A DNA stretch of 29,082 nt from Tolypothrix carrinoi HA7290-LM1 (GTDB lineage Bacteria > Cyanobacteriota > Cyanobacteriia > Cyanobacteriales > Nostocaceae), in contig JAHHIK010000103.1 of NCBI GenBank assembly GCA_019358935.1, forward strand, positions 1-29,082. Reading direction: 5' to 3'. Of the stretch, positions 1-8,183 are shown piece after piece; positions within the stretch are counted from its first letter, which is position 1; every line of letters starts with the position of its first letter. The notes under the pieces are model-generated. The model was not told where the DNA came from and did no database searches. It saw only the letters and a list, made by a program, of their open reading frames with translations. Made by a program: the position numbers and the translations under genes.

Positions 1-62
1 TGAATACTGGTAACAACGGCATCGGCACGTTGGCGCTACGCACCAACGCCACTTTGTTGTAC

Positions 63-214
63 GCGATCGCATGAATTGAGTGATCACAAGCCGTATCAAT
101 CGATAACCCGCAACTTGGGTTATTAGAGAAAATAGGCTGAAACTTAACGATCGCACTAATCCCATCAACCCGAATAAATGCGTAGCCGTAAGGCTTGTCG
201 TGAGACATCGCTTT
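63..214. repeat. HIP1-based repeat cluster A, ending in a HIP1 site interrupted by a 24-nt insert
   Basis: GCGATCGC at 63, ACGATCGC at 147, and GCG-[TAGCCGTAAGGCTTGTCGTGAGAC]-ATCGC at 180-211. 149-214 resembles 1546-1611. Confidence 0.75.
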
Positions 215-286
215 CAGGCTTTGGATATACTGAAAACGTGAAATAACTACCCAAAAACAATTGAATGCATCACAAATCGTGAAGAA

Positions 287-478
287 TTGATCCAGGAACT
301 CGAACAAGCTCCTGATGATATAGTTGAGTTGGTATTAGATTTTTTTCATAGAGTAAAAGCAACACGTAAAATCCATCCTCTGGCAAAATTTGCAGGTATT
401 TTAAGTGATAGAGAAGCGGAAGAATTAAAAGGGGCGATTGCAACGGAATGTCGGCAGGTGGATGTGAATGAGTGGTGA
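287..478 (+). CDS. Small putative type II antitoxin (DUF2281/VapB-like)
   Basis: 63-aa ORF with 'ELIQELEQAPDDIVELVLDF...LAKFAGIL'. Its 3' end overlaps the ATG of a PIN-toxin-like start. The frame is open back to about 242, so the true start may be the ATT at 260. Confidence 0.6.
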   Translation: MIQELEQAPDDIVELVLDFFHRVKATRKIHPLAKFAGILSDREAEELKGAIATECRQVDVNEW

Positions 479-504
479 GATTGCTCTAGATAGCTCTGTG
501 GCAT
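468..504 (+). pseudogene. Truncated 5' remnant of a VapC/PIN toxin
   Basis: ATG at 468 gives MSGEIALDSSVA, matching the PIN first-strand motif hhLDT/SSV. The similarity stops where the convergent gene's stop codon (505) begins. Confidence 0.55.
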
Positions 505-756
505 TTAGCTTGCTACCTTGTTCAAAAAACTGTTGAAGCGATCGCTATCCATCAAGCCATTTTCCGACAGTATTCGTCGCACTGCAACTAAATGCAATCT
601 TCTTACATAGGCTTGTTGCTCGTAACCAGGCAGAACTATTAATGTACCAGATGATAGATGCTGGTAAATCTTTTGCGAACCAAAGGTCTGCATTGTTACA
701 AACCCCGTCTCTAAGAGCAATTTCTCTAATTCTGTGAATTTAATTTCTCTAACCAT
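505..756 (-). CDS. HicA-like (dsRBD-fold) small protein
   Basis: 83 aa, 'KFTELEKLLLETGF...GSQKIYQH...LIVLP' follows the HicA pattern, but the canonical GSH is GSQ. Overlaps the upstream gene by 8 nt. Confidence 0.6.
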   Translation of the reverse strand: MVREIKFTELEKLLLETGFVTMQTFGSQKIYQHLSSGTLIVLPGYEQQAYVRRLHLVAVRRILSENGLMDSDRFNSFLNKVAS

Positions 757-1258
757 GATGACGAATTACTCCTTGTAACTGGCTGAGAACATCATTTTTA
801 AATTTAGCAAATATTTTGATCGCCTGCCGATTTAATACGTTGTCTTTAGATAAACGAACAGTTACACTATCACCAACATTGGATAAATCGAATCCCTCAA
901 AGCTTTCAAAATATGATTGTATATATAACCAATAAGCTTGGCTGTTTTTGGCATCATATACAATTAAAATACATGGCATTGGTTCAAGCAACCATAATTC
1001 AAAATCTGAGCGTGCGAGGGCAAAAGTAATGGTTTTTTGGTCTGAAAGTATAGAGAGTGAATCTGTAGCTTTTAACTGTACATATATCTGACCATTTTCA
1101 ATTTCACCTTCAGCATTATAAGTAAAAATTATTAGATCGTAGCCATAATCATACTCAATGCGCTCTACAGAATAGCCGCATAGCAAGACATATCGTTCCA
1201 CATAATTTACACTTAAATCTGCTATTATATGCTCTCGTGGTCGCTTTTTTATTGGCAT
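749..1258 (-). CDS. DUF4365-like PD-(D/E)XK nuclease-fold protein
   Basis: 'DYGYDLII...GQIYVQLKAT...PCILIVYD...AYW' is the typical DUF4365 motif order. Confidence 0.75.
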   Translation of the reverse strand: MPIKKRPREHIIADLSVNYVERYVLLCGYSVERIEYDYGYDLIIFTYNAEGEIENGQIYVQLKATDSLSILSDQKTITFALARSDFELWLLEPMPCILIVYDAKNSQAYWLYIQSYFESFEGFDLSNVGDSVTVRLSKDNVLNRQAIKIFAKFKNDVLSQLQGVIRHHG

Positions 1259-1359
1259 TTACCGAGCTTTTTAGTTTCAAGATCATCAATATTATCAAAG
1301 TTATATTAGAAGTTTCTTTATATTAAGCTTCGCATATCGGAGTCTATGCCATCAACTCC

Positions 1360-1611
1360 CAATAAATGCGGTCGCACTCTCTTCAAAACCACCAAAACGC
1401 GATAACGAAGTTAAAGCTACGCTGATCGCACTCTCCCCAAAATAACCAAGCAGGCGATCGCACTAATTCTAAAACCTAATAAACGCGATCGCACAAATCC
1501 TAAAACAACCTAAATGCGATCGCACTTACCCAACATCATAAATGCGATCGCACTCCATCTCATCAACTCAACAAATGCGTAGCCGTAAGGCTTGTCGTCA
1601 GACATCGCTTT
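1360..1611. repeat. HIP1 tandem array B (7 units, 28-33 bp period)
   Basis: Cores at 1368 (GCGGTCGC), 1399-1429 (interrupted), 1454, 1485, 1516, 1544 and 1577-1608 (interrupted). Consensus AA(T/C)GCGATCGCAC plus a C/A-rich variable spacer. Confidence 0.9.
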
Positions 1612-1648
1612 ATGCGCTGAAATATGGTGTTTAATGTGAGTCTCTTTT

Positions 1649-1918
1649 TTAAATAACAACTTCGTCTTCTTTTACCAACACATCTTGTTTCTCTTTTATG
1701 TTGTCCCAATCAATAACAGCTACCCACAGATTTTCTGTTGTAGAATATTGAACAATTCCATCTACTTCTAAATCTTCGCTATAAAGCGTTATTTCTTGAC
1801 CATTTTGCAACCAAATTTTCTGATGAGCTAAATCCTCAATCGTACCAGTACAATTAAGGCGTAAGCGACCTTGAACATCAGCGTTATGGAAATCTACAAA
1901 GACTTTTGGCTTTTCCAT
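1649..1918 (-). CDS. Hypothetical acidic protein, candidate immunity/antitoxin
   Basis: ORF track gives 1649..1957. ATG at 1918 (MEKPKVF) is preferred because AGGAG lies just upstream, overlapping the stop codon of the preceding gene. Confidence 0.65.
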   Translation of the reverse strand: MEKPKVFVDFHNADVQGRLRLNCTGTIEDLAHQKIWLQNGQEITLYSEDLEVDGIVQYSTTENLWVAVIDWDNIKEKQDVLVKEDEVVI

Positions 1919-1931
1919 ATTTTGAGAACTC

Positions 1932-2264
1932 CTAATTTGACTTAGCTGGGTTGTCAATTGTGGGTGTCAACAAATTACTAATCTGCTCAGGTGTCAAGCC
2001 TATTAATGTAGCATGATGGGGGCTTCTACCAGATGTCCGAATAACATCACCCCCAAGTTTACGAATTTCACCTACGGTTGTCACGCCAATTTGCCCATGA
2101 GGGATTTTTGCAGATAGTTCCTCTACAGATAATCCTAACGCGCTTTCTACAGAGATTCCAGTTACAACACTGGGGTGTGTTCCAATTGCTCGTTCAATAT
2201 CTTCTGGACGATTGCGTCCTCCTCGAACAACCACAGCTTCATCTGGTATTGTTTCTAGGCTCAC
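1932..2264 (-). CDS. Hypothetical protein resembling stand-alone polymorphic-toxin C-terminal domains
   Basis: 110 aa, 'VVRGG...GISV...GVTTVGEIRKLGGDV...HATL'. Tightly coupled to the downstream small gene. The function is an inference. Confidence 0.6.
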   Translation of the reverse strand: MSLETIPDEAVVVRGGRNRPEDIERAIGTHPSVVTGISVESALGLSVEELSAKIPHGQIGVTTVGEIRKLGGDVIRTSGRSPHHATLIGLTPEQISNLLTPTIDNPAKSN

Positions 2265-2344
2265 AAGCTAATGACATTTATTTTCTCAACAACAGCATAC
2301 TATCGGTATTGAGTAATATTTAGTATAAGAAAAAAAATATTTAC

Positions 2345-2560
2345 ATCAACGCGATCGCACAGCTTAACGAAGTTATCGCACTTTCCTCAAACTAACCAAA
2401 ATGCGATCGCACTTTCCCAACACCACCAATGCGATCGCACTCTCTCCCATCAACCCAAGAAATGCGATCGCACTTCCTTACAAACCCAATAAATGCGATC
2501 GCACTCTAACTCAAACAACCAGAATGCGAATTGCAATTCCCCAACATCACAAATGCGTAG
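2345..2560. repeat. HIP1 tandem array C (about 7 units, 28-33 bp period)
   Basis: Cores at 2351-2379 (with a 21-nt insert), 2403, 2431, 2464, 2495, 2526 (degenerate) and 2555 (AAATGCGTAG). Confidence 0.9.
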
Positions 2561-2565
2561 TGTGG

Positions 2566-5500
2566 CTATTTATCATCAGGGCAAATTTCTTTTCGCAAAT
2601 CGGGACGGGAAGCGAGGTATTCTTTTAAATGGTCGCAACCTCGCGTTAGTGAACTATCTAAACTTTGAACCCGACGCAACTGTACAAAAAAATCATCTAC
2701 TTTAATGGCAATTAACTTACTATCCGGGCTGAATACTACACCCCTACCTTGATATTCAGCAAACTGCTGCCAAGAACCATCTCTTACCTCAGTCCACAGA
2801 CGCATAGTACGATCTAGTGAAACAGTGGCAATAGTCTTACTGTCAGGGCTAAATGCTACATCAAATACTTGCCTGTTATGTTTGAGAGTGGCAATTTCTT
2901 GTCCTTGCAAGTTCCAAATCTTGGCTGTACCATCTTGTGAAGCAGTGGCAACAGTCTTAGTATCAGGACTAAATACAACCTTTTTGAGAAGATTGTCATG
3001 TGTGAGAGTAGCAATTAACCCACCTTGCAGATTCCACAGTCTGGCAGTATTGTTAGCATATGAAGTAGTAACAATTGTATTACCATCTGGGCTAAATAAT
3101 ACATCAAATACTTCTCTGCGATCTTTGAGAGTGGCAATTTCCTTACCTTGGAGGTTCCACAACCTTACAATTCCGTCATAAGAAGCAGTCGCAACAGTTT
3201 TACCGTCAGGACTAAATACTAATTTGCTGACATCTTTATGTCTGAAAGTCGCAATTTCTTCTCCTTGTAGGTTCCACAACTTGGCTGTATCGTCTTGTGA
3301 ACCAGTAACGATAGCCTTACCGTCAGGACTAAATACTACATTGCCAAATCTATACTTATGTCTGATACTAGCAATTAACTTACCTTGCAGGTTCCACAAC
3401 TTGGCTGTACCGTCAAACGATGAATCAGTAGCAACTGTCTTACCATCAGGACTGAACACTACATCCTCAACCCGATTATGTGTAAGAGTAGCAATTTCTC
3501 GTCCTTGCAGATTCCACAACGTGACTGTATTGTCATCAGAAGGAGTGGCAATACTTTTGCCGTCGGGACTAAATACTCCCCTAAAGATTAGAAAGTTATG
3601 TTTAAGAGTCGGGATTTTCCCACCTTGCAGGTTCCATAACTTGACAATTCCATCTGATGAAGCAGTGGTGACAGTCTTACCATCAGGGCTAAATGCAACA
3701 TTTAGTACCCGACTATTATGTTTGAGAATAGCAATTAAGTCGCCTTGTAGATTCCATAACTGTGCCGAGTCAGTATTTTCAGTAGCAATAGTATTACCGT
3801 CAGGACTAAATACTACTTTAGAAGACCCATTCTGAAGCGTATTACTATATTTGAGAGTACCAATTAACTTTCCTTGAAGGTTCCAAAGCGTTGTATCATC
3901 ATAGCGGGCAGCAATAGCAAAAGTTTTACCGTCAGGGCTAAACACTACGTCAGTTTGGGCTGTTCCTCCACTATTAATAGTAGTAATTTCTCCTCTTTGC
4001 AAATTCCACAACTTGACATTTCCATCTTGTGAAGCAGTAGCAACATTTTGACTGTCGGGGCTAAATACTACTTTCACGACTAAATCCTGATGTTTAATAT
4101 TAGCTATTTCCCTTCCTTGCAGATTCCAAAGCTTTGTACCTTTCGATAAAGCAGTAGCAATAGTCTTACTGTCAGGGCTAAATATTAATTTCTTGACACT
4201 ATCACCTTTGTGATTGAGAGTGGCAACTTCCTCTCCTTGTAGATTCCACAACTTAGCAGTACTGCTATATACTGAAACAGTAGCAACAGTTTTACCATCC
4301 GGGCTGAATACTACGTTGTCAATTGACAAATCGTATTTAAGAATAGCAATTTCTCCACCTTGCAAGTTCCATAACTTGGCGGTATTATCCGATGAAGCAG
4401 TACCAACAGTTTTACCATCGGGGCTAAATGCTATGTCTTTAACCGTATCGTTATGTTTGAAAGTAGCAATTTCCCCACCTTGTAGATTCCACAATTTAGC
4501 AGTACCGTCATCCGAAGCAGTAGCAACAATTTGACCGTCGGGACTAAATGCGACATTGTTAACCTTTTTGTCATGTTTGAGGATGGTAACTGTCCCTGTT
4601 TGCAAGTTCAACAGCTTGGTAGTACCATCATTTGAAACGCTCGCCACAATTTTAGTATCAGGACTAAATACTTGCTTCTCAACTTGACCATCATCTTTTA
4701 ATTGATTTATTTCGCGGACATATTCTAAAGTATTGTGCAAGGCTAATATGGGGCTAACAGTTGGGTAATCTTTTAGTTGACTACCATTCTTGGCTAACTG
4801 TTTTAATTCCTTTACAGACCTCATTGCCTCAATCAAATTTTCCAATCCAACATTCCCACGCAAGCGCAATAAACCAGCCGATGAGCGCTCTAAATCTGTG
4901 ACAATTTGGGCTTGTTTTCGTTCTATGTTTGCATTCATCGCCCCAATTGCTGCTACTATTGCCCCAACAACAAATAAAGCTAAAATACCTCCACCAATAC
5001 GAATCCGTTGATTTGTCTTCCTTTCCACCTCAGTCAATCGCTGTTTCGCGTTCCTCTCTTCCTCCAAAGCCTGATTTTGTTTCGCTTCCGCTTTCGCAAC
5101 TTTCTGATTTAACTCTGCTTCCACACTCGTAGATAAAAACCGATAATCAGCATTGCTCAAACTTTTACCATCAGCCCAAACACGAGCATTCTGTAAATCT
5201 TCCCCACGCAACAAATACGAATTATCTTGAAATTTACTATCTACCCAAGCCTTAAAAGCATCAGCATAAGGACGCAATTTGTCTAATTCTTTTTCAACCC
5301 AATTTAAATTAAAAATATTTGCATAAATTTGGTTATAAACCCTTAAATTTCGCTGCTGTTCTACTACCAACCCAGTTAGACGCAACCTCATCTGTTCTGA
5401 ACTTCCATCAACAGCAATCTCACCCTTTTGCAAAATTTGCTGATAAAATCCCAACAAGCGCACAGCAATTAGTTCATTAGCAAGAATCCTATCCTGTATC

Positions 5501-6519
5501 GTCTTTAAATGTTCTTGCTCATCTCGCACTTCCCAATCATCAATAATCCCAGTTCTCACCACTGTTTCCACCAACTCTGTAATCTGGAACCTCTCCCCTA
5601 ACCCCTCTTTGAAGCACAGAGGGGAACTATCATTCTCTTCCTTCCCTTGTTGTAGAGAATGAGGAATAAATTCAAAGCCTCTCTCCTGGTAGGAGAGAGG
5701 TACCCTAGCGGGAAGCCGCTTCGCGTCTATGGAGAGAGGTTTTTCAAGAGTTAGCTTCAACAAATTACAAACCTTCTGCGTCAATAAAGGCTGTCCCCCC
5801 GTCCAAGCCAAAACCTCTTGCATTACTGCTTGGGGATTTTCAAATTTTCCTACTAACCCCCTTGCCAAAGGTGTAATTTCATCTAACTTAAAACCATAAA
5901 GTTGAATTGCCTGCCCAATATTAAAAGGCGTTCGTTCCTCATTTTTAATTAAATCTGAAGGTGTCGCTACCCCAACTAAAGCAAAAGTCAACCGCTGATA
6001 TTCAGCTTTAAAAGAGCGTTTTTGATAGCAGCTTCTAATTAAAGCAAAAAAATCATCCGCCGGAAAATCCAAGCGGAGAATACTATCAATCTCATCGATA
6101 AAAATCACAATATTTTGGGGAATATTTGGCAATAACAACTCATCAAAAAGTTTCCCCAAACGTCGCACCGGAGAAATTTCGATAGATTTGTCCCACCATG
6201 CAGATAAATCTTCTGGTGCAATAAAATTAAGTTCAGTTAATAAGCTATCAATAATACTCGCGTACCACTGCTCAAGGGTGATTTCTTGGCTACCCAATCC
6301 AGAAACATCAATCACAGCACAAGCAAAGCCATCAGCTTGTAGCCGTTTCATCGTCCGGACTAACAAACTCGTTTTCCCCATCTGTCGGGAGTTAAAAACG
6401 TAACAAAGCTCTCCCGCTTTTAATGCGTGGTAAAGCTCATAATCCGCTTGTCGCACTACATAGCTGGGAGCGTCTTCTTCTAAACTCCCACCAACTTTAT
6501 ACTCGTAGTCTCGCGTCAT
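2566..6519 (-). CDS. AAA_35 (STAND-like) ATPase - coiled coil - TM helix - about 17 WD40 repeats
   Basis: N-terminal 'YKVGGSL...YVVRQAD', Walker [10 protein letters not shown], Walker [10 protein letters not shown], 'TPFNIG', TM '[21 protein letters not shown]', and 17 'FSPD' WD40 units. Confidence 0.92.
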   Translation of the reverse strand: MTRDYEYKVGGSLEEDAPSYVVRQADYELYHALKAGELCYVFNSRQMGKTSLLVRTMKRLQADGFACAVIDVSGLGSQEITLEQWYASIIDSLLTELNFIAPEDLSAWWDKSIEISPVRRLGKLFDELLLPNIPQNIVIFIDEIDSILRLDFPADDFFALIRSCYQKRSFKAEYQRLTFALVGVATPSDLIKNEERTPFNIGQAIQLYGFKLDEITPLARGLVGKFENPQAVMQEVLAWTGGQPLLTQKVCNLLKLTLEKPLSIDAKRLPARVPLSYQERGFEFIPHSLQQGKEENDSSPLCFKEGLGERFQITELVETVVRTGIIDDWEVRDEQEHLKTIQDRILANELIAVRLLGFYQQILQKGEIAVDGSSEQMRLRLTGLVVEQQRNLRVYNQIYANIFNLNWVEKELDKLRPYADAFKAWVDSKFQDNSYLLRGEDLQNARVWADGKSLSNADYRFLSTSVEAELNQKVAKAEAKQNQALEEERNAKQRLTEVERKTNQRIRIGGGILALFVVGAIVAAIGAMNANIERKQAQIVTDLERSSAGLLRLRGNVGLENLIEAMRSVKELKQLAKNGSQLKDYPTVSPILALHNTLEYVREINQLKDDGQVEKQVFSPDTKIVASVSNDGTTKLLNLQTGTVTILKHDKKVNNVAFSPDGQIVATASDDGTAKLWNLQGGEIATFKHNDTVKDIAFSPDGKTVGTASSDNTAKLWNLQGGEIAILKYDLSIDNVVFSPDGKTVATVSVYSSTAKLWNLQGEEVATLNHKGDSVKKLIFSPDSKTIATALSKGTKLWNLQGREIANIKHQDLVVKVVFSPDSQNVATASQDGNVKLWNLQRGEITTINSGGTAQTDVVFSPDGKTFAIAARYDDTTLWNLQGKLIGTLKYSNTLQNGSSKVVFSPDGNTIATENTDSAQLWNLQGDLIAILKHNSRVLNVAFSPDGKTVTTASSDGIVKLWNLQGGKIPTLKHNFLIFRGVFSPDGKSIATPSDDNTVTLWNLQGREIATLTHNRVEDVVFSPDGKTVATDSSFDGTAKLWNLQGKLIASIRHKYRFGNVVFSPDGKAIVTGSQDDTAKLWNLQGEEIATFRHKDVSKLVFSPDGKTVATASYDGIVRLWNLQGKEIATLKDRREVFDVLFSPDGNTIVTTSYANNTARLWNLQGGLIATLTHDNLLKKVVFSPDTKTVATASQDGTAKIWNLQGQEIATLKHNRQVFDVAFSPDSKTIATVSLDRTMRLWTEVRDGSWQQFAEYQGRGVVFSPDSKLIAIKVDDFFVQLRRVQSLDSSLTRGCDHLKEYLASRPDLRKEICPDDK
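5588..5745. repeat. Composite palindromic repeat element inserted in-frame in the AAA_35-WD40 gene
   Basis: Perfect hairpin CCTCTCTCCT-GGT-AGGAGAGAGG (5678-5700), CCCCTCT...AGAGGGG, and a GC-rich mini-insert at 5701-5729. The translation is non-domain-like. Confidence 0.7.
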
Positions 6520-6583
6520 AATTTAGTTTTTAATAGAGAAAAATTACATCGATACCTATCTTGAGTTTAATTTCCAGAATGTT

Positions 6584-6638
6584 AAGTTTTTATCGAGTTG
6601 TTATTGAGTTGTGATGGAGTTGTAATTGACTTTACCAA
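6584..6638. promoter_or_regulatory. Five phased 11-bp direct repeats (consensus GAGTTGTnATn) in the divergent promoter region
   Basis: AAGTTTTTATC / GAGTTGTTATT / GAGTTGTGATG / GAGTTGTAATT / GACTTTACCAA starting at 6584, 6595, 6606, 6617 and 6628. The regulatory role is inferred. Confidence 0.55.
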
Positions 6639-6690
6639 ATAAATACCTAATCTTGTAAGCTGAATTCTGTAGTCCTTCCCATCATCAGCT

Positions 6691-8100
6691 ATGTCATATT
6701 CGTCAAGGTCTGTAAAAGTACATACAAACTGCATACCTAAAGTAAAATTGGCTCTGCGACGAAATGGCTACATTAGCCAGAGAATACTAGCTGAAGATTT
6801 AGGTATTTCCCAATCTACTGTTAGCAACTTTCTCACTGGTAAAGCTGTCGATTTTTCATACTTCAAAGAAATTTGCGACAAATTGGGACTTGAGTGGCGA
6901 GATATAGCTGATTTAGAGCTACCTGATGAAACTGATACGCAAACACAAAACATCAATCATTCTCCCGCATCCCCCCATCTCCCCATCTCCCCATCCCCCC
7001 ATCTCCCCCTCTCCCCATCCCCCTCATCTCCTCCCTCCCTTGAATATCCAGAAGGAGAGGTAGCGTTAGATTCTCCCTTTTATCTAGAACGTCCCCCCAT
7101 CGAACAGCGTTGTTATCAGGAAATCAAAAAACCTGGTTCTCTAATTCGCATCAAAGCACCGCAAAACATGGGTAAATCTTCGCTGTTGGCGCGGATTCTC
7201 CAGCAAGCGGAAAGTCAGGGAAATATCACGGTGACAATAGATTTTCAGTTAGCAGAAGAAGAGTTGTTCTTCAACTTGAATACATTTCTGCGCTGGTTTT
7301 GCGATACCGTCACTGAGGAAGTCGCCGCTAAAAATCCAGAATTACAGCAAAAGTTGCTGCAAAAACTCGATGAACATTGGAAATCAGCGCAGCGCTTTGG
7401 CTATATGAAAACTTGTAAAAATTACTTTGAGCGCTATTTATTTCCCGAAATCAACCAGCCATTAATTTTAGGCTTAGAGACAGTCGATAAATTATTTGAA
7501 TTTCCCAAAATCTACAGAGATTTTTTTGGGTTATTACGCGCTTTACACGAAGAAGCCAAACGTCGAGATATCTGGAAAAAACTCCGACTGGTGATAGTAC
7601 ACTCGACTGAAGCCTATGTACCAGTAGATATCAATCAATCGCCGTTTAACGTCGGTTTGGTAGCGGACTTACCAGAATTTACCCACGAGCAAATAAAAGA
7701 TTTAGCTCAACGCCATCAACTAAATTGGAGCGATACAGAAGTTGAAAAGTTAATGGTATTGGTGGGAGGACATCCCTTTTTAGTGCGGTTAGCTCTATAT
7801 AAAATAGCCATTCAAGAGATAAATTTAGCTCTATTGTTGCAAACAGCAGCTACCGCCGAAGGAATTTATAGCAAGCATCTGCAACACCTAGAATATATTT
7901 TAAAGCAACAGCCAGAATTATGGACTGCTATGCAAGAGGTTGTCGCTAGTAGCAGTCCTGTCTTTTTACCAACAGTAATCAGGTTTAAATTACATAGTCT
8001 CGGACTGGTAAAGCTACAAGGTGACGAAGTTACAGTTAGATGCGAGCTATATCGTCAATATTTTCGCAATTCTTCAAAAGACAATAACAACGCAATGTAA
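6691..8100 (+). CDS. XRE-type HTH fused to an AAA_35 ATPase-like domain
   Basis: HTH 'SQRILAEDLGISQSTVSNFLTG', then 'PEGEVALDSPFYLER', Walker A KAPQNMGKSS, 'QSPFNVG' and 'GGHPFL'. Confidence 0.9.
   Translation: MSYSSRSVKVHTNCIPKVKLALRRNGYISQRILAEDLGISQSTVSNFLTGKAVDFSYFKEICDKLGLEWRDIADLELPDETDTQTQNINHSPASPHLPISPSPHLPLSPSPSSPPSLEYPEGEVALDSPFYLERPPIEQRCYQEIKKPGSLIRIKAPQNMGKSSLLARILQQAESQGNITVTIDFQLAEEELFFNLNTFLRWFCDTVTEEVAAKNPELQQKLLQKLDEHWKSAQRFGYMKTCKNYFERYLFPEINQPLILGLETVDKLFEFPKIYRDFFGLLRALHEEAKRRDIWKKLRLVIVHSTEAYVPVDINQSPFNVGLVADLPEFTHEQIKDLAQRHQLNWSDTEVEKLMVLVGGHPFLVRLALYKIAIQEINLALLLQTAATAEGIYSKHLQHLEYILKQQPELWTAMQEVVASSSPVFLPTVIRFKLHSLGLVKLQGDEVTVRCELYRQYFRNSSKDNNNAM
6961..7040 (+). repeat. 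Octamer (CCCCATCT/CCCCATCC) STRR-type tandem repeat inside the CDS linker
   Basis: About 10 degenerate units encoding SPASPHLPISPSPHLPLSPSPSSPPS. Confidence 0.85.
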
Positions 8101-8183
8101 CTAAATTAACTCAATGGCATCTCCAGTTTGAACTCAAGTAGCACTTTTAGATCATGGAATTGTCGAGTTCAACAGACAATTCA

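Noticed and set aside
1360..2560. HIP1 arrays as CRISPR arrays
   Set aside because: Core about 13 nt and spacers under 20 nt are too short, and spacers are related to one another.
2401..2705. ORFs 2401..2628 and 2493..2705 (+)
   Set aside because: Translations of the HIP1 array and the antisense of the WD40 gene end.
2825..6403. Plus-strand ORFs inside the WD40/AAA gene
   Set aside because: Antisense shadows of a repetitive coding sequence.
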